DNA from: an uncultured Acidobacteriota bacterium
GTDB lineage: Bacteria; Acidobacteriota; Thermoanaerobaculia; Multivoradales; SZUA-115
Reading direction: 5' to 3'
DNA length: 64,000 bases
Assembly (NCBI GenBank): GCA_963805975.1
Contig: CAWDVR010000004.1
Location: 352,001 to 416,000 of the forward strand
The notes below the pieces were generated by a model, which worked only from the letters and a program-made list of their open reading frames with translations, was not told where the DNA came from and searched no databases. Below are positions 54,671 to 63,797 of the stretch, piece after piece. Made by a program: the position numbers and the translations under genes. Each line of letters starts with the position of its first letter. The stretch's first letter is position 1.

Positions 54671-56047
54671 TCCGGCCGAGGAAGGGCGTCGGGCCGCATC
54701 TTCGCCCGCGGGCCGCGTCACCGTGATCCGCAGCGCCTTCACGCGGTGGCCCACCACCTCGAGCACTTCCATCTCCAGCGGGCCGACGGTGACGCGGTCG
54801 CCCTCCATCGGCCGGCGGCCGATCTCCGAGAGCACCACGCCGCCCAGCGTGTCCTCGTCGCGCTCGGAAACCTCGAGCGCCAGCTCCTGCTCGAGGTCTA
54901 CCACCAGCATCGAGCCCGAGACCAGGTAGACGCCGTCGCCCTTGGCCACCAGCTCGGGCCGCTCGGCAGGGTCGAACTCGTCCTCGATCGAGCCCACGAT
55001 CTCCTCGATCACGTTCTCCAGCGTGACGATGCCGGAGACCCCGCCGTACTCGTCGAGCACCGCCGCCAGGTGGATCTTCTCGGCCCGCATGCGGCGCAGC
55101 AGGCGGTCGAGCTTCAGGGTCTCGGGCACCATGGGGATCTTGCGGCAGGCATCCTCGATCGAGCCCAGGTTGCCCTCGGCGCGGAACAGGTCCTTGATGT
55201 GGACCATGCCGATCACCTTGTCGAGGTCGTCGCCCCGCACGAGGGGAAAGCGCGTGTGCCGGCCCTCGCGGGCGATCCTCAGGTTCTCCTCCAGGGGCCG
55301 CTCGGTCGAGAGGTAGACCACATCGCCGCGGGGCACCATCACCTGGCGTGCGATGCGGTTCGAGAGCTCGAAGATGTTGCCCAGGAGCTGGCGCTTGCCG
55401 AGCGAGACCTGGGTCGCTGAGCTCGAGGAGAGCAGCAGGCGCAGCTCCGCCTCGTCGTGCGTGTGCTCGCCCTCGCCGATCGGTGCGATGCCGAACAGCT
55501 TGAGGATGGCGTTGGCAGCCTTGTTGAGCAGCCAGATCACCGGGTAGGTGGCTTTGTAAAAGGCGAAGAGCGGCCAGGCGACCCACAGCGTGGTCGGCTC
55601 TGGCTTGCGGATGGCGAGAGACTTCGGCGCCAGCTCTCCCAGCACGATGTGCAGCACGCTGATGGTGACGAAGGCGACCCACAGGCTCGTCGCGTGGGTG
55701 GCCTCGGGGCCGAAGCCGAGCCGCGTGGCCACCGGCTCGACGAGCCACGCGAAGGCGGGCTCGCCCACCCAGCCCAGGGCCAGGCTCGCGAGCGTGATGC
55801 CGAGCTGGGTCGCCGAGAGATAGGCGTCCAGGTGCTCGACCATGTGCCGCGCCACCTTCGCGCGCTTCGAGCCGCGGGAGACGTGGGGGTCGATCTGTGT
55901 CGGCCGCACCTTGACCAGCGCGAACTCGGCGGCGACGAAGAAGCCGTTCAGGCCCACCAGCAGCAGGCCCAGCAGGAGGCCTGCCCACGGCGGCAGGTTG
56001 ACGCTGGCCGGAAGGGTGCTGGCGACGGTCAGGAAGGGGAAGATCAC
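54659..56047 (-). CDS. Hemolysin/CNNM (CorB/TlyC) family CBS-domain membrane protein
   Basis: LNGFFVAAEFAL, ATQLGITL, GELAPK, VMVPR, HTRFP, DEYGG..GIVTLE. Confidence 0.93.
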   Translation of the reverse strand: MIFPFLTVASTLPASVNLPPWAGLLLGLLLVGLNGFFVAAEFALVKVRPTQIDPHVSRGSKRAKVARHMVEHLDAYLSATQLGITLASLALGWVGEPAFAWLVEPVATRLGFGPEATHATSLWVAFVTISVLHIVLGELAPKSLAIRKPEPTTLWVAWPLFAFYKATYPVIWLLNKAANAILKLFGIAPIGEGEHTHDEAELRLLLSSSSATQVSLGKRQLLGNIFELSNRIARQVMVPRGDVVYLSTERPLEENLRIAREGRHTRFPLVRGDDLDKVIGMVHIKDLFRAEGNLGSIEDACRKIPMVPETLKLDRLLRRMRAEKIHLAAVLDEYGGVSGIVTLENVIEEIVGSIEDEFDPAERPELVAKGDGVYLVSGSMLVVDLEQELALEVSERDEDTLGGVVLSEIGRRPMEGDRVTVGPLEMEVLEVVGHRVKALRITVTRPAGEDAARRPSSAGPSP

Positions 56048-56151
56048 GACAGTGTCTGGGTCAGGCCGACCGCGGAGGCCTCCGGCCCAGCTCGCCGGCG
56101 GTGGTGGAGCCTATTTCGGGGGGAGGGACGTTGTGGAGGTTCTGCGTTCAC
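56044..56151 (-). CDS. Putative 35-aa leader peptide (uORF) coupled to the CNNM gene
   Basis: GTG 56151: MNAEPPQRPSPRNRLHHRRRAGPEASAVGLTQTLS*; TGA overlaps the downstream GTG (GTGA); TGCTACAGT promoter-like motif 10 nt upstream. Confidence 0.4.
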   Translation of the reverse strand: MNAEPPQRPSPRNRLHHRRRAGPEASAVGLTQTLS

Positions 56152-56174
56152 GCGCCGCGGAACTGTAGCACAGG

Positions 56175-56312
56175 CCCCTCACCCGGCCCTCGCGCCGCTT
56201 GCACGCCCCTCACCCCAGCCCTCTCCCCGCTGCCGTGGGGCGAGGGGGCCGGAGGGGTTGGCTCTCTCCTCTCCCCTCTCCCCGCGTGCGGGGAGAGGGT
56301 TAGGGTGAGGGG
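56175..56312. repeat. Repeat family C composite
   Basis: cccctcacccggccctc, cccctcaccccagccctctcccc, cccctctcccc..gggagagggttagggtgagggg. Confidence 0.85.
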
Positions 56313-56422
56313 GCAACGGCACTACGGTCGCATGCTAAATTCGCAGCAAGCATGAAAGCCGGCCGACGCAGCGCGTCTCGCGCCCGAAAGAGAGGTGCGA
56401 GAGGTGAAGTTCGCGCCGGCCG

Positions 56423-58582
56423 ATGGCCCGGCTGCCGCAAGCGGGTCTCAGGCTCCCGGCCCTCGGCTGGGGCGCGGTGGCCGCGGTCTTCGCCACTGCC
56501 TTCCTCGCGCGGCTGGTCGTCGGCAGCGAGCTAGCCAGGACCGCCCTCTACCAGGCGCCGCAGCTCGACCAGCTCGAGTTCCTGCTCTGGACGCGCGGCC
56601 TCGTCGAGCGCGGCTTCTCCTGGCCGAGCATCCCCAGCAAGGGGCCCGGCTACGCCCTCTTCCTCGCTTTCTGGCTGAAGCTCACCGGCTCGCTCACCGC
56701 CGCGCGGGTGGTGCAGGCGGCGCTCGGCGCCGGCACTTGCGTCCTCGCGGCCGGCCTGTCGGCGAAGCTCTTCGATCGCCGCACGGCGATCGCGACCGGC
56801 CTCCTGCTCGCTCTCTACGGCCCGCTCGTCTACATCGACACCACCCTCCTGGCGGAGGGCCCGATGATCTTCCTGCTGGTCGGAGTGCTCGCCGTCTACG
56901 GCGCACCGTGGCGCGGCTGGGTGAGGGCGGTGATCATCGGGGCCCTCCTCGGCGTCGCCGCCGTGGTGCGCGCCACGGTGGTGCTGCTGGTGCCCGTCTT
57001 CGCGCTCCTGGTGCTCTTCGATCTGCGCTGGGACGCTGCGGCGAAGGGATTTCGCCAGCCGCGGCGGTGGCTCGCGGCGGCGCTCGTGGCCCTGGCCGCG
57101 TTCGCCATGATCCTGCCGATCACCTGGGAGATGGGCGCCGTCACCGGCAGCCGCTTCCTGACCCAGGCCTCGGGCGGCCTCAACTACTACATGGGCAATC
57201 TACCGGGCCGCGAGGGTGTGCCGTGGGCGCGGCTGGGCGGCGAATGGAATCGGCTGGAAGCCATGGCGACTACGGCGGGGGCGATCACGGCGGTGGAGCA
57301 GGACCGCTTCTACATGGCCGAGACCCGGAAGGCCATCGCCGCCGACGTTCCGGGCTACCTCACGACCCTCGGCCACAAGCTCCTCTGGCTCTTCCAGGCG
57401 GAAGAGATCCGCGAGAGCCACAGCTACCATTTCTTCCGCCAGCAGTCGAAGCTGCTGGCCTGGCTGCCGGGCTTCGGCCTGCTGCTGCCGCTCACCGGGC
57501 TCGGCCTCTGGGTCGCCTGGAAGCGGCGGGCGCTGCCGGCGAGCCTCGTGGTCTACCTCGCCGTGCTGGGCGCCACCTGCGTCCTGGTCATCATGGCCTC
57601 GCGCTACCGGCTGCCGCTGGTGCCGGTGCTGGGCATCTTCGCCGGCGCCGGAGTGATCGCGCTGGTGGATGCCGCGCGGCAGCGGCGGCTCCGTATGCTC
57701 GCGGCGCTGGCCGTCGCCGGCCTCGTGCTCTTCGCCCTCACCCAGGTCCGGCGCCACGCCCCGAGCCGAGACCTGTCGGAAGAGTGGGCGCTCTCAGGCG
57801 ACTCGTACCTCACGCTGGGCCGGCCGGCCGACGCCGAGGCCGCCTACGTTCGGGCGCTGCGGGAGAACCCAGGCTCGGCCCTGGCTCTCGCCGGACTAGG
57901 CCGCCTGGAGCTCGACCGCGGCAACTTGCCGGCGGCGCGGGAGCGGCTGGAGCAGGCCCTGGCCGCCAACCCCGACTACGTGGCCGCGCTCTTCGAGAAA
58001 GCCCGGCTGGAGGCGAGGCAGGGCCGGGCGCCGGCCGCGGAGCAGGCGCTCCGCGCCGCCCTGAAGCTCCAGCCGAAGGACGTGCCCTCGCTCGAGCTGT
58101 TGGGCGGCCTGCTGCTCGGCCGCGGCGCGGTGGAGGAAGCGGAGCAGGTGCTCAGCCGCGCCCTGGCGGCCAAACCGGGGAGCGCGGAGGCGCACCTGGG
58201 CCTCGCCCGTCTCCTGGGCGCGCGCGGCAGGCCCGCGGATGGGCTCGACCACGCGCGCGAGGCCACGAGACTAGCGCCCCAGCGTCTCGACGCCTGGACC
58301 GCGCTCGCCTTCCTCGCCCTCGACGCCGGAGACATCGCCACCGCCGAGCAAGCGCTGGCAAGAGCGGAAGCGCTCTCCAGCACCTCTCCCGAGGTGGCCT
58401 GGGCCAAGGCCCTGCTGCTCCGCGCCCAGGGCCGCCGCGAAGAGCTGGACGCCGCCCTCCGCGCCCTCCTCACCCAGCAGCCACGCTTCGAGCCGGCCGC
58501 GCGCTTGCTGCTGGCGAATGCTGCGGAGCTGGGAAGGGAGACGGAGGCGCGGGAGTTTCTGGGCGGGTTGCGAGAGAACTGA
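56423..58582 (+). CDS. GT-C fold (PMT/ArnT-like) glycosyltransferase with C-terminal TPRs
   Basis: PGYALFLA, multi-TM domain, GGLNYYMGN, RYRLP, then TPR repeats. Confidence 0.8.
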   Translation: MARLPQAGLRLPALGWGAVAAVFATAFLARLVVGSELARTALYQAPQLDQLEFLLWTRGLVERGFSWPSIPSKGPGYALFLAFWLKLTGSLTAARVVQAALGAGTCVLAAGLSAKLFDRRTAIATGLLLALYGPLVYIDTTLLAEGPMIFLLVGVLAVYGAPWRGWVRAVIIGALLGVAAVVRATVVLLVPVFALLVLFDLRWDAAAKGFRQPRRWLAAALVALAAFAMILPITWEMGAVTGSRFLTQASGGLNYYMGNLPGREGVPWARLGGEWNRLEAMATTAGAITAVEQDRFYMAETRKAIAADVPGYLTTLGHKLLWLFQAEEIRESHSYHFFRQQSKLLAWLPGFGLLLPLTGLGLWVAWKRRALPASLVVYLAVLGATCVLVIMASRYRLPLVPVLGIFAGAGVIALVDAARQRRLRMLAALAVAGLVLFALTQVRRHAPSRDLSEEWALSGDSYLTLGRPADAEAAYVRALRENPGSALALAGLGRLELDRGNLPAARERLEQALAANPDYVAALFEKARLEARQGRAPAAEQALRAALKLQPKDVPSLELLGGLLLGRGAVEEAEQVLSRALAAKPGSAEAHLGLARLLGARGRPADGLDHAREATRLAPQRLDAWTALAFLALDAGDIATAEQALARAEALSSTSPEVAWAKALLLRAQGRREELDAALRALLTQQPRFEPAARLLLANAAELGRETEAREFLGGLREN

Positions 58583-58658
58583 CTCAGTGGCCGTGGGCTC
58601 TTCTGCCAGGATTCGGTGAGGTTGCCTTGCGTGCCGGGCCTCCGCGACCCCTTCCCGC

Positions 58659-58696
58659 TGTCGTCCCGGGCGGGAGCGAGGGACCTGGGGGGAGGG
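58659..58696 (+). repeat. 38-bp REP-like direct repeat, left of the DUF3368/UPF0175 module
   Basis: 35/38 identical to 59578-59615. Confidence 0.85.
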
Positions 58697-59185
58697 CTAT
58701 CCTTCCCGGTCCAACCACTGCCCGAAGGCTGCGCTGATCAGGCTTTCGTCGACATAAAAGGTTGTTTCTTGAAGGCGCCGCACTACGTCCGGGACATGGA
58801 CGAGACCTCGCTCTGCAGCCACGCGCAGAACGCCAAGGGTGCCGGTCACCCGGATTCCACGGCGGCGAGCCTCAGCTCGACCGGCCCGCTCGTCCATAAG
58901 CAGCAAATCGGCCGAGAGAGCGCCTGCAAGGGCGATCGCCTCGCGCTCACCCAGATCGAGGCTGTCGCTGACCAGATCGACTCGGCTTGGATCCACTGCG
59001 ATCACAGCCAGCCACGAGGGCACTTCGGACAGCCAAGCCCGCACGGCCTGGGGCGCCGCTGGTGAAGAAAGCTCCACCAGGACGGCTTCAGGGATGACAG
59101 CCTCTCCGTAGAGGGTCGCGAGGAGATCGGTTTGCTCGAGGAGGATCAGATAGTGAAGTGGCCCGCTGTCTGCTACGACGATCAT
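58697..59185 (-). CDS. DUF3368-family PIN-domain protein (putative toxin)
   Basis: VVADSGPL, IPEAV..EL, LDLGEREAI, LLMDERAGR, GTLGVL. Confidence 0.9.
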   Translation of the reverse strand: MIVVADSGPLHYLILLEQTDLLATLYGEAVIPEAVLVELSSPAAPQAVRAWLSEVPSWLAVIAVDPSRVDLVSDSLDLGEREAIALAGALSADLLLMDERAGRAEARRRGIRVTGTLGVLRVAAERGLVHVPDVVRRLQETTFYVDESLISAAFGQWLDREG

Positions 59186-59463
59186 GGGCCGGGCAGGACA
59201 CCGAGCTCGCGTTGGGCGGCGAGGTCTTCTTCCAAGTCCTCCATCGAGTACCCCAACGGTACTCGGTGTTCCTTGAGCAGCGCACGAACCTCGAACCGGC
59301 TCGCGAGCCCCATCAGACGCATCACTTGCGCTTCGCTCAGAGCGCCGGTGCGGTAGCCCTCAACAGCGGTTGCCTCCAGCACGTGTCGAGATACGTCTTC
59401 CCAGTGCCCTTGGAGCGACGAGGAAATCTCCTCCGGCAGATTTATGGTGATTTGCATGACCAC
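59182..59463 (-). CDS. UPF0175-family putative antitoxin
   Basis: QITINLPE, AVEGYRTGALS, RFEV..LLKEH.V, YSMEDLEED; ATGA overlap with the PIN gene. Confidence 0.85.
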   Translation of the reverse strand: MVMQITINLPEEISSSLQGHWEDVSRHVLEATAVEGYRTGALSEAQVMRLMGLASRFEVRALLKEHRVPLGYSMEDLEEDLAAQRELGVLPGP

Positions 59464-59577
59464 CGCATTCTACCGCCGTTCATTCCTGCCCGCGTCCGTT
59501 CGACTCCTGTCATGAGGATCGCCAGCTAGCTGTAGTTCCGCATGGATGCGGTGCGAGGAAGGGGTTTCTTGGCGGCT

Positions 59578-59666
59578 TGTCCCCCCGAGCGGGAGCGAGG
59601 GACCTGGGGGGAGGGTGGTGGCCCTCCTCCTACCCTTCCAGATCCTTCGCTGCGCTCAGGATGACA
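59578..59666. repeat. REPIN-like element (family A variant arm + exact family A arm)
   Basis: tgtccccccgagcgggagcgagggacctgg ... ccagatccttcgctgcgctcaggatgaca. Confidence 0.85.
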
Positions 59667-59680
59667 GGCAGGGCTAAGCC

Positions 59681-60787
59681 TTACGGCCGCAGGACCAACC
59701 CCCGCGCCCGCTTTTCCAGCAGCCCCATCCGTCCCTGGTCTCGCAGCTCCAGCTCGCGGAGCTCGTAGGGCGGGGTGAGTCTCGAGGCTGCCAGCATTTC
59801 GCTGTCGAAGGCGAGGGCCAGGGTACCGCCGCCGTCTAGCCAGGCGGCGGTGTGAGCTGCGGCCATGGGCTTCAAGGCACCGTCGGTGCCGGTTCCGAAG
59901 AGCACGCCGCGCACCTCGTAGCGGCCGGGCGAGGCGGTTTCGACTCCCAGTCGGACTTCGAGCCTGCCGGCTTTGCCCGCCGCCAGCTCGCCCATGCCGG
60001 TGAGGCGGGCGGTGGGCAGCGCGCAGGCGAAGGCGGTGCGTGCGTTGCGCACGAAGTGTCGGCCGGTGACGAAGCCGGTGACCTCGTCCAGCCGCAGGCG
60101 GGTGCCGCCGCTCCCGGCTTCGATCTCCGCCACCAGGGTCTCGCCGTCGAGGTAGGCGGTGCGATCGCTCCCGAGCCGGAGCATAGTGGGGCTGCCGGCA
60201 TCCAGCACGTGGATCACGAAAGCCTCGTCCGCGCCCCGGTTCTCCAGCCGCAAAGTGAGCTTGCCGGAGCCGGCCTCGGGCGCCAGCCGGAAGGCGAGAG
60301 TGCCCTCCGGGAAGGGTGTGCCGGCCGCCGCGAGCTGCTCGGCCGAGGCGAGACGCTGGAGGCCCGCGCCGCGCGCCAGGGCGTTGCCCTTCTCGTTGAG
60401 GACCACCAGCGCGTCGGCCTGGATGGGCCGATCGGCCACCGTGGCTCCCGGAGCCGGGTTGATGCGTACCAGCGCCCCGGGCGCGAGCGTGTAGAGCGGC
60501 ACGCCCGCCGCGAGGTCGGCCCCGGTAGCGCGCAGCCAGTGCTCGCGGCTCTCGGCCACGAAGGGGCGGGGCTCGGTGAGGGCTGTCCGAGGATCGAGCG
60601 CCCAACTGAAGGTCACGGGCCCGGTGGAGGGGCGCGGAGCGTTGGGCGCCCCGGCGGCCGGCACGAGCCGCGAGGGTACGAGGTCGTTGGCGCCGAGGGT
60701 GATCCATTCGAGGGTGGTCTGGGCGCCTGCGGCCGAGGCCGCGAAGAGCAGGACGAGCATCGGGATGCGGAAGCGTGTCGTCGTCAT
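59681..60787 (-). CDS. DUF4785-like secreted protein
   Basis: Signal peptide, FSWALD, AESREHW, APGALVRINP, RTAFA, GRYEVRGVLFGT, PPYELRELELRDQ. Confidence 0.7.
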   Translation of the reverse strand: MTTTRFRIPMLVLLFAASAAGAQTTLEWITLGANDLVPSRLVPAAGAPNAPRPSTGPVTFSWALDPRTALTEPRPFVAESREHWLRATGADLAAGVPLYTLAPGALVRINPAPGATVADRPIQADALVVLNEKGNALARGAGLQRLASAEQLAAAGTPFPEGTLAFRLAPEAGSGKLTLRLENRGADEAFVIHVLDAGSPTMLRLGSDRTAYLDGETLVAEIEAGSGGTRLRLDEVTGFVTGRHFVRNARTAFACALPTARLTGMGELAAGKAGRLEVRLGVETASPGRYEVRGVLFGTGTDGALKPMAAAHTAAWLDGGGTLALAFDSEMLAASRLTPPYELRELELRDQGRMGLLEKRARGLVLRP

Positions 60788-60796
60788 GGCCCGCTC

Positions 60797-61663
60797 CTAG
60801 AGGTCGTTGCGCAACACGACGTCGAGGCCGAAGCACTGACGCCGGCTCTGGTTGTGGGAGAGGGGCTCGGCGCCCGCGGTGACCGAGGTGTCGTAGAACC
60901 AGATGTAGCCGGCGCCCGCCTGGCTGCTGCAGTTGAGGAAGCCGTCCGAGCAGGAGGCGAGCCACGCCTGGGTGACCTCGAGCCCCACGTTCAGGCTGTA
61001 GCCGCCACAGTAGCTGTCGCCGTCCCAGACCGCGGAGTCCACGTCCGAGCCCACCACGTTCCAGAAGCCCTTGGGCAGGGCGGGGCGGCCGGCGGTGCCG
61101 AGGAGCCAGCTCGCGTTGTAGCTCGCCATCCAGCTCGTCTGCTGCATGCGGACGGCGTCGTTCTGGTAGCCCAGGAGCCAGCCCACCGCAGCCTCGAACA
61201 TGGTGCCGTTCATCACCGCGTCGGCGAGCGGTGTGCCCAGGCTCGAGGGCGCGAGCGCGTTCACCCAGCGGATGGCGTTGATGATCGTGGGGTAGCGGCT
61301 GTCCCAGGTGGGGTTCGAGAGGATCCAGCGCATCACGTTGCCGCCGTTCGAGTGGGTGATGACCACCAGGTCGTTGACGCCTTTGGTGGTGATGAAGCCG
61401 TGGAGCGCCCCGGCGAGACAGCCGGCGGCCTGCGAGGTCCACATGTACTGCTCGAAGTCACAGTTGATGACCACGTACTTGGTCTGGTCCGGCAGCCCCT
61501 GGCGGACCGAATTGACGAAGCCGGCCTGCCAGTAGTCGTTGAGCGCATCGGTCTGCCGACCGGTGCCGTGCACGAAGGCGACGCCGGTCACGGCGTGGGC
61601 CGGTACGGCGCCGGCCAAGACAGCCGCCAGCAGAGCGGCGGCGAGAGGTGCTCGCATCCTCAT
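60797..61663 (-). CDS. Secreted alpha/beta-hydrolase (lipase-like)
   Basis: Signal peptide, FVHGTG, ITHSNGG nucleophile elbow, GTPLAD, SDG, SHNQSR. Confidence 0.75.
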   Translation of the reverse strand: MRMRAPLAAALLAAVLAGAVPAHAVTGVAFVHGTGRQTDALNDYWQAGFVNSVRQGLPDQTKYVVINCDFEQYMWTSQAAGCLAGALHGFITTKGVNDLVVITHSNGGNVMRWILSNPTWDSRYPTIINAIRWVNALAPSSLGTPLADAVMNGTMFEAAVGWLLGYQNDAVRMQQTSWMASYNASWLLGTAGRPALPKGFWNVVGSDVDSAVWDGDSYCGGYSLNVGLEVTQAWLASCSDGFLNCSSQAGAGYIWFYDTSVTAGAEPLSHNQSRRQCFGLDVVLRNDL

Positions 61664-61772
61664 GGTGTATCCCCCACGGAGTTGGAACTGCCTGGGTTCT
61701 CGGGTCTACAGGGTGGGGTGCCGGCGCCGGGTGGAGCGTGACGCCGGACTATCATTCGACCCGGAGGTGCGC

Positions 61773-62201
61773 ATGGGCGAGCATGAGGACTTGAAGCTGC
61801 CGGTCGAGGGCGGCGACGGCATCTGGGTGATCCGCGGCGGTGGCGGCAACCGCGGCTGGAACGGCATCAGCTACAAGACCGGTCTGTCGGCCAAGAACGT
61901 GGCGGCCACCAAGCTGTCGATGAACCTGGCGACCATCCCGCCGGGGGGCGTCGCCTTCGCCCACGTCCACGTGGATTTCGAAGTGATGCTCTACATCCTC
62001 GAGGGCCGGGTACGGCACGAGTACGGACCCGGCCTCTCCCAGTCGGTGGAGAACGGGGCCGGCGACTTCATCTTCATCGCGCCCGGCGTCCCGCACGAGG
62101 TGCTCAACCTCTCGGCCACCGAGCCCGTGGTCGCGGTGGTGGCGCGCTCCGACGCGGACGAGTGGGAGCACATTGTGGCCTACGAGCGGCCTAAGGGCTG
62201 A
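61773..62201 (+). CDS. Cupin-domain protein
   Basis: IPPGG..AHVH..FE..LYILEG, AGDFIFIAPGVPH; GGAGG SD before ATG 61773. Confidence 0.85.
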   Translation: MGEHEDLKLPVEGGDGIWVIRGGGGNRGWNGISYKTGLSAKNVAATKLSMNLATIPPGGVAFAHVHVDFEVMLYILEGRVRHEYGPGLSQSVENGAGDFIFIAPGVPHEVLNLSATEPVVAVVARSDADEWEHIVAYERPKG

Positions 62202-63000
62202 CCGGCGCCGGCGGGAAGCCGCTCCGGTTGTGCCGGGCCGGCGGGCGCTGGACCGGGGGAGGCGTCGGCGCGGGCTGCTCGTGCCGGGGCGGCTGCTGGT
62301 GGCGCGGCGGCCGGTGGTGCGGGTAGCCGGGGATCGGCACCACGTAGCCGTACGGGTCGTAGCCGTAGAGCACGGGCTCGCGGGCCCGTTCCTGGGCCAG
62401 CACCAGGCGGGCCTCGGCGGCGGCCACCTCGGCGGCCCGGGCGTCGGCACGGCGCCGCTCGGCCTCGAGCACGGCCTGGGCCGTCTCCCAGGCGAGGACG
62501 CGCTCGCGCTCGGCCGCGCTCACCCAGGCGCCGCGGAACTTCACCTCGCCGCGCAGAGCGTGGTACTCCGGCTCGGTCAGCCAGCGGCCCGCGACGAACC
62601 GGTAGCCCAGGGCCTGCCGGGCGCCGGCGTGGCCGGGATCGATGGCGAGCGTGCCGACCAGGAGGCGGCGGGAGAGCGTGGAGGCGCCCTGGTCCCGGCA
62701 CCAGAGGGCGAGCTGGTACCGGCCTTCGGCGTCGCGCTCGTCCATGCGGGCGAGGGCCGCGCGGACGGCCTCATCGAGGCTGGTCTTGCGCTCGATGCGC
62801 GCCACCTTGTCGGCCGGGATCACCAGGGTGCCGAAGGCGGCGTGGATCTCCACGCGGCCGTCCTCGAGGAAGGTCGCCGTGCCCTCCAGCCGGCGGCCGT
62901 TGGCGAGGAAGATCTCGTCGGCGGCCAGGGGCGCCGACGCGGCGAGCGTGAGAGCGAGCAGGAGGGAGAGGCGGGGAGCGAAGGTCGACGTAGTGGTCAT
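62191..63000 (-). CDS. Secreted hypothetical protein
   Basis: Signal peptide, ADEIFLANGRRLEG, LALWC, ARQALGY; Pro-rich tail; GGAGG SD. Confidence 0.65.
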   Translation of the reverse strand: MTTTSTFAPRLSLLLALTLAASAPLAADEIFLANGRRLEGTATFLEDGRVEIHAAFGTLVIPADKVARIERKTSLDEAVRAALARMDERDAEGRYQLALWCRDQGASTLSRRLLVGTLAIDPGHAGARQALGYRFVAGRWLTEPEYHALRGEVKFRGAWVSAAERERVLAWETAQAVLEAERRRADARAAEVAAAEARLVLAQERAREPVLYGYDPYGYVVPIPGYPHHRPPRHQQPPRHEQPAPTPPPVQRPPARHNRSGFPPAPVSP

Positions 63001-63120
63001 CAGAGCCTCCTCGAAACCCTAGGGTAGCAGGCGTGGCCGGTGTGGCGTCACCCCCGTGGGCGGTGAGCTCGGGGTCCGCAGAGCCTCGTGCTACCATCGG
63101 CACCTCCAGGAGGACGCTCG

Positions 63121-63657
63121 ATGCCCCACCGTTTCCCCATGCAGGTGGCGCTGCGCGATGGCCGGCGCCTGTTGGTCCGGCCCTTCGCCGAGCGCGACAC
63201 CGAAGGCCTCTACGAGTTCTTCCAGCACCTGCCGGCAGAGGTACGCCGCTTCGCGTGGGACAACATCGAGAACCGTGCCCTGGTCGAGGCCTGGGGAAAG
63301 AACCTGGACTACGGCAAGGTGCTGCCGCTGCTGGCCCTGGACGGCACCCGGATCGTGGCCGACGCCACTCTCCACCGCCGCGAGGGCGGCCCTCTACGCC
63401 GGGCCGGCCGCATCAAGTGGCTGATCGATCCCGACTACCGCGGCCAGGGCCTCGGCACCACGCTGGTCAACACCTTCATCACCATCGCCCGCGAGCAGGG
63501 CCTCAAGCACCTGGTCACTCTGCTGATCGCCGACGCCGAGGCCGACGCCGTCGCCACGCTACGCGACCTCGGCTTCTCCGAGTGGACCCTCCCCGGCTAC
63601 GGCACCGACCCGGACGGCAACCCGCACGACATGGTGATGATGGTGCTGAAGGTCTAG
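63121..63657 (+). CDS. GNAT-family acetyltransferase
   Basis: LRDGRRLLVRP, PDYRGQGLGT motif A; AGGAGG SD. Confidence 0.88.
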   Translation: MPHRFPMQVALRDGRRLLVRPFAERDTEGLYEFFQHLPAEVRRFAWDNIENRALVEAWGKNLDYGKVLPLLALDGTRIVADATLHRREGGPLRRAGRIKWLIDPDYRGQGLGTTLVNTFITIAREQGLKHLVTLLIADAEADAVATLRDLGFSEWTLPGYGTDPDGNPHDMVMMVLKV

Positions 63658-63743
63658 GCGCCGGGCGCCTCCCTCGTCATCCCGAGCGTTTCCTGTTGTC
63701 ACCTGACCTGGGCATCCTCAGCCCAGGAACCAAACCCCCAGAA

Positions 63744-63771
63744 ACAAAACGGGCCCCCTCGCGGGAGCCCG
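63744..63771 (-). terminator. Rho-independent terminator for the IPTL-CTERM gene
   Basis: cgggccccc-tcgc-gggagcccg hairpin followed on the minus strand by TTTTGTTT. Confidence 0.6.
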
Positions 63772-63797
63772 GGAAACTGCCGTGGCCGGCGATGCGG

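Noticed and set aside
52689-55988. 1099-aa minus-strand ORF
   Set aside because: Antisense to proS and off-frame to the CNNM gene
54549-56312. Repeats as possible CRISPR array or IS ends around the CNNM gene
   Set aside because: No regular repeat-spacer period, no cas gene or transposase; copies are dispersed REP-like palindromes
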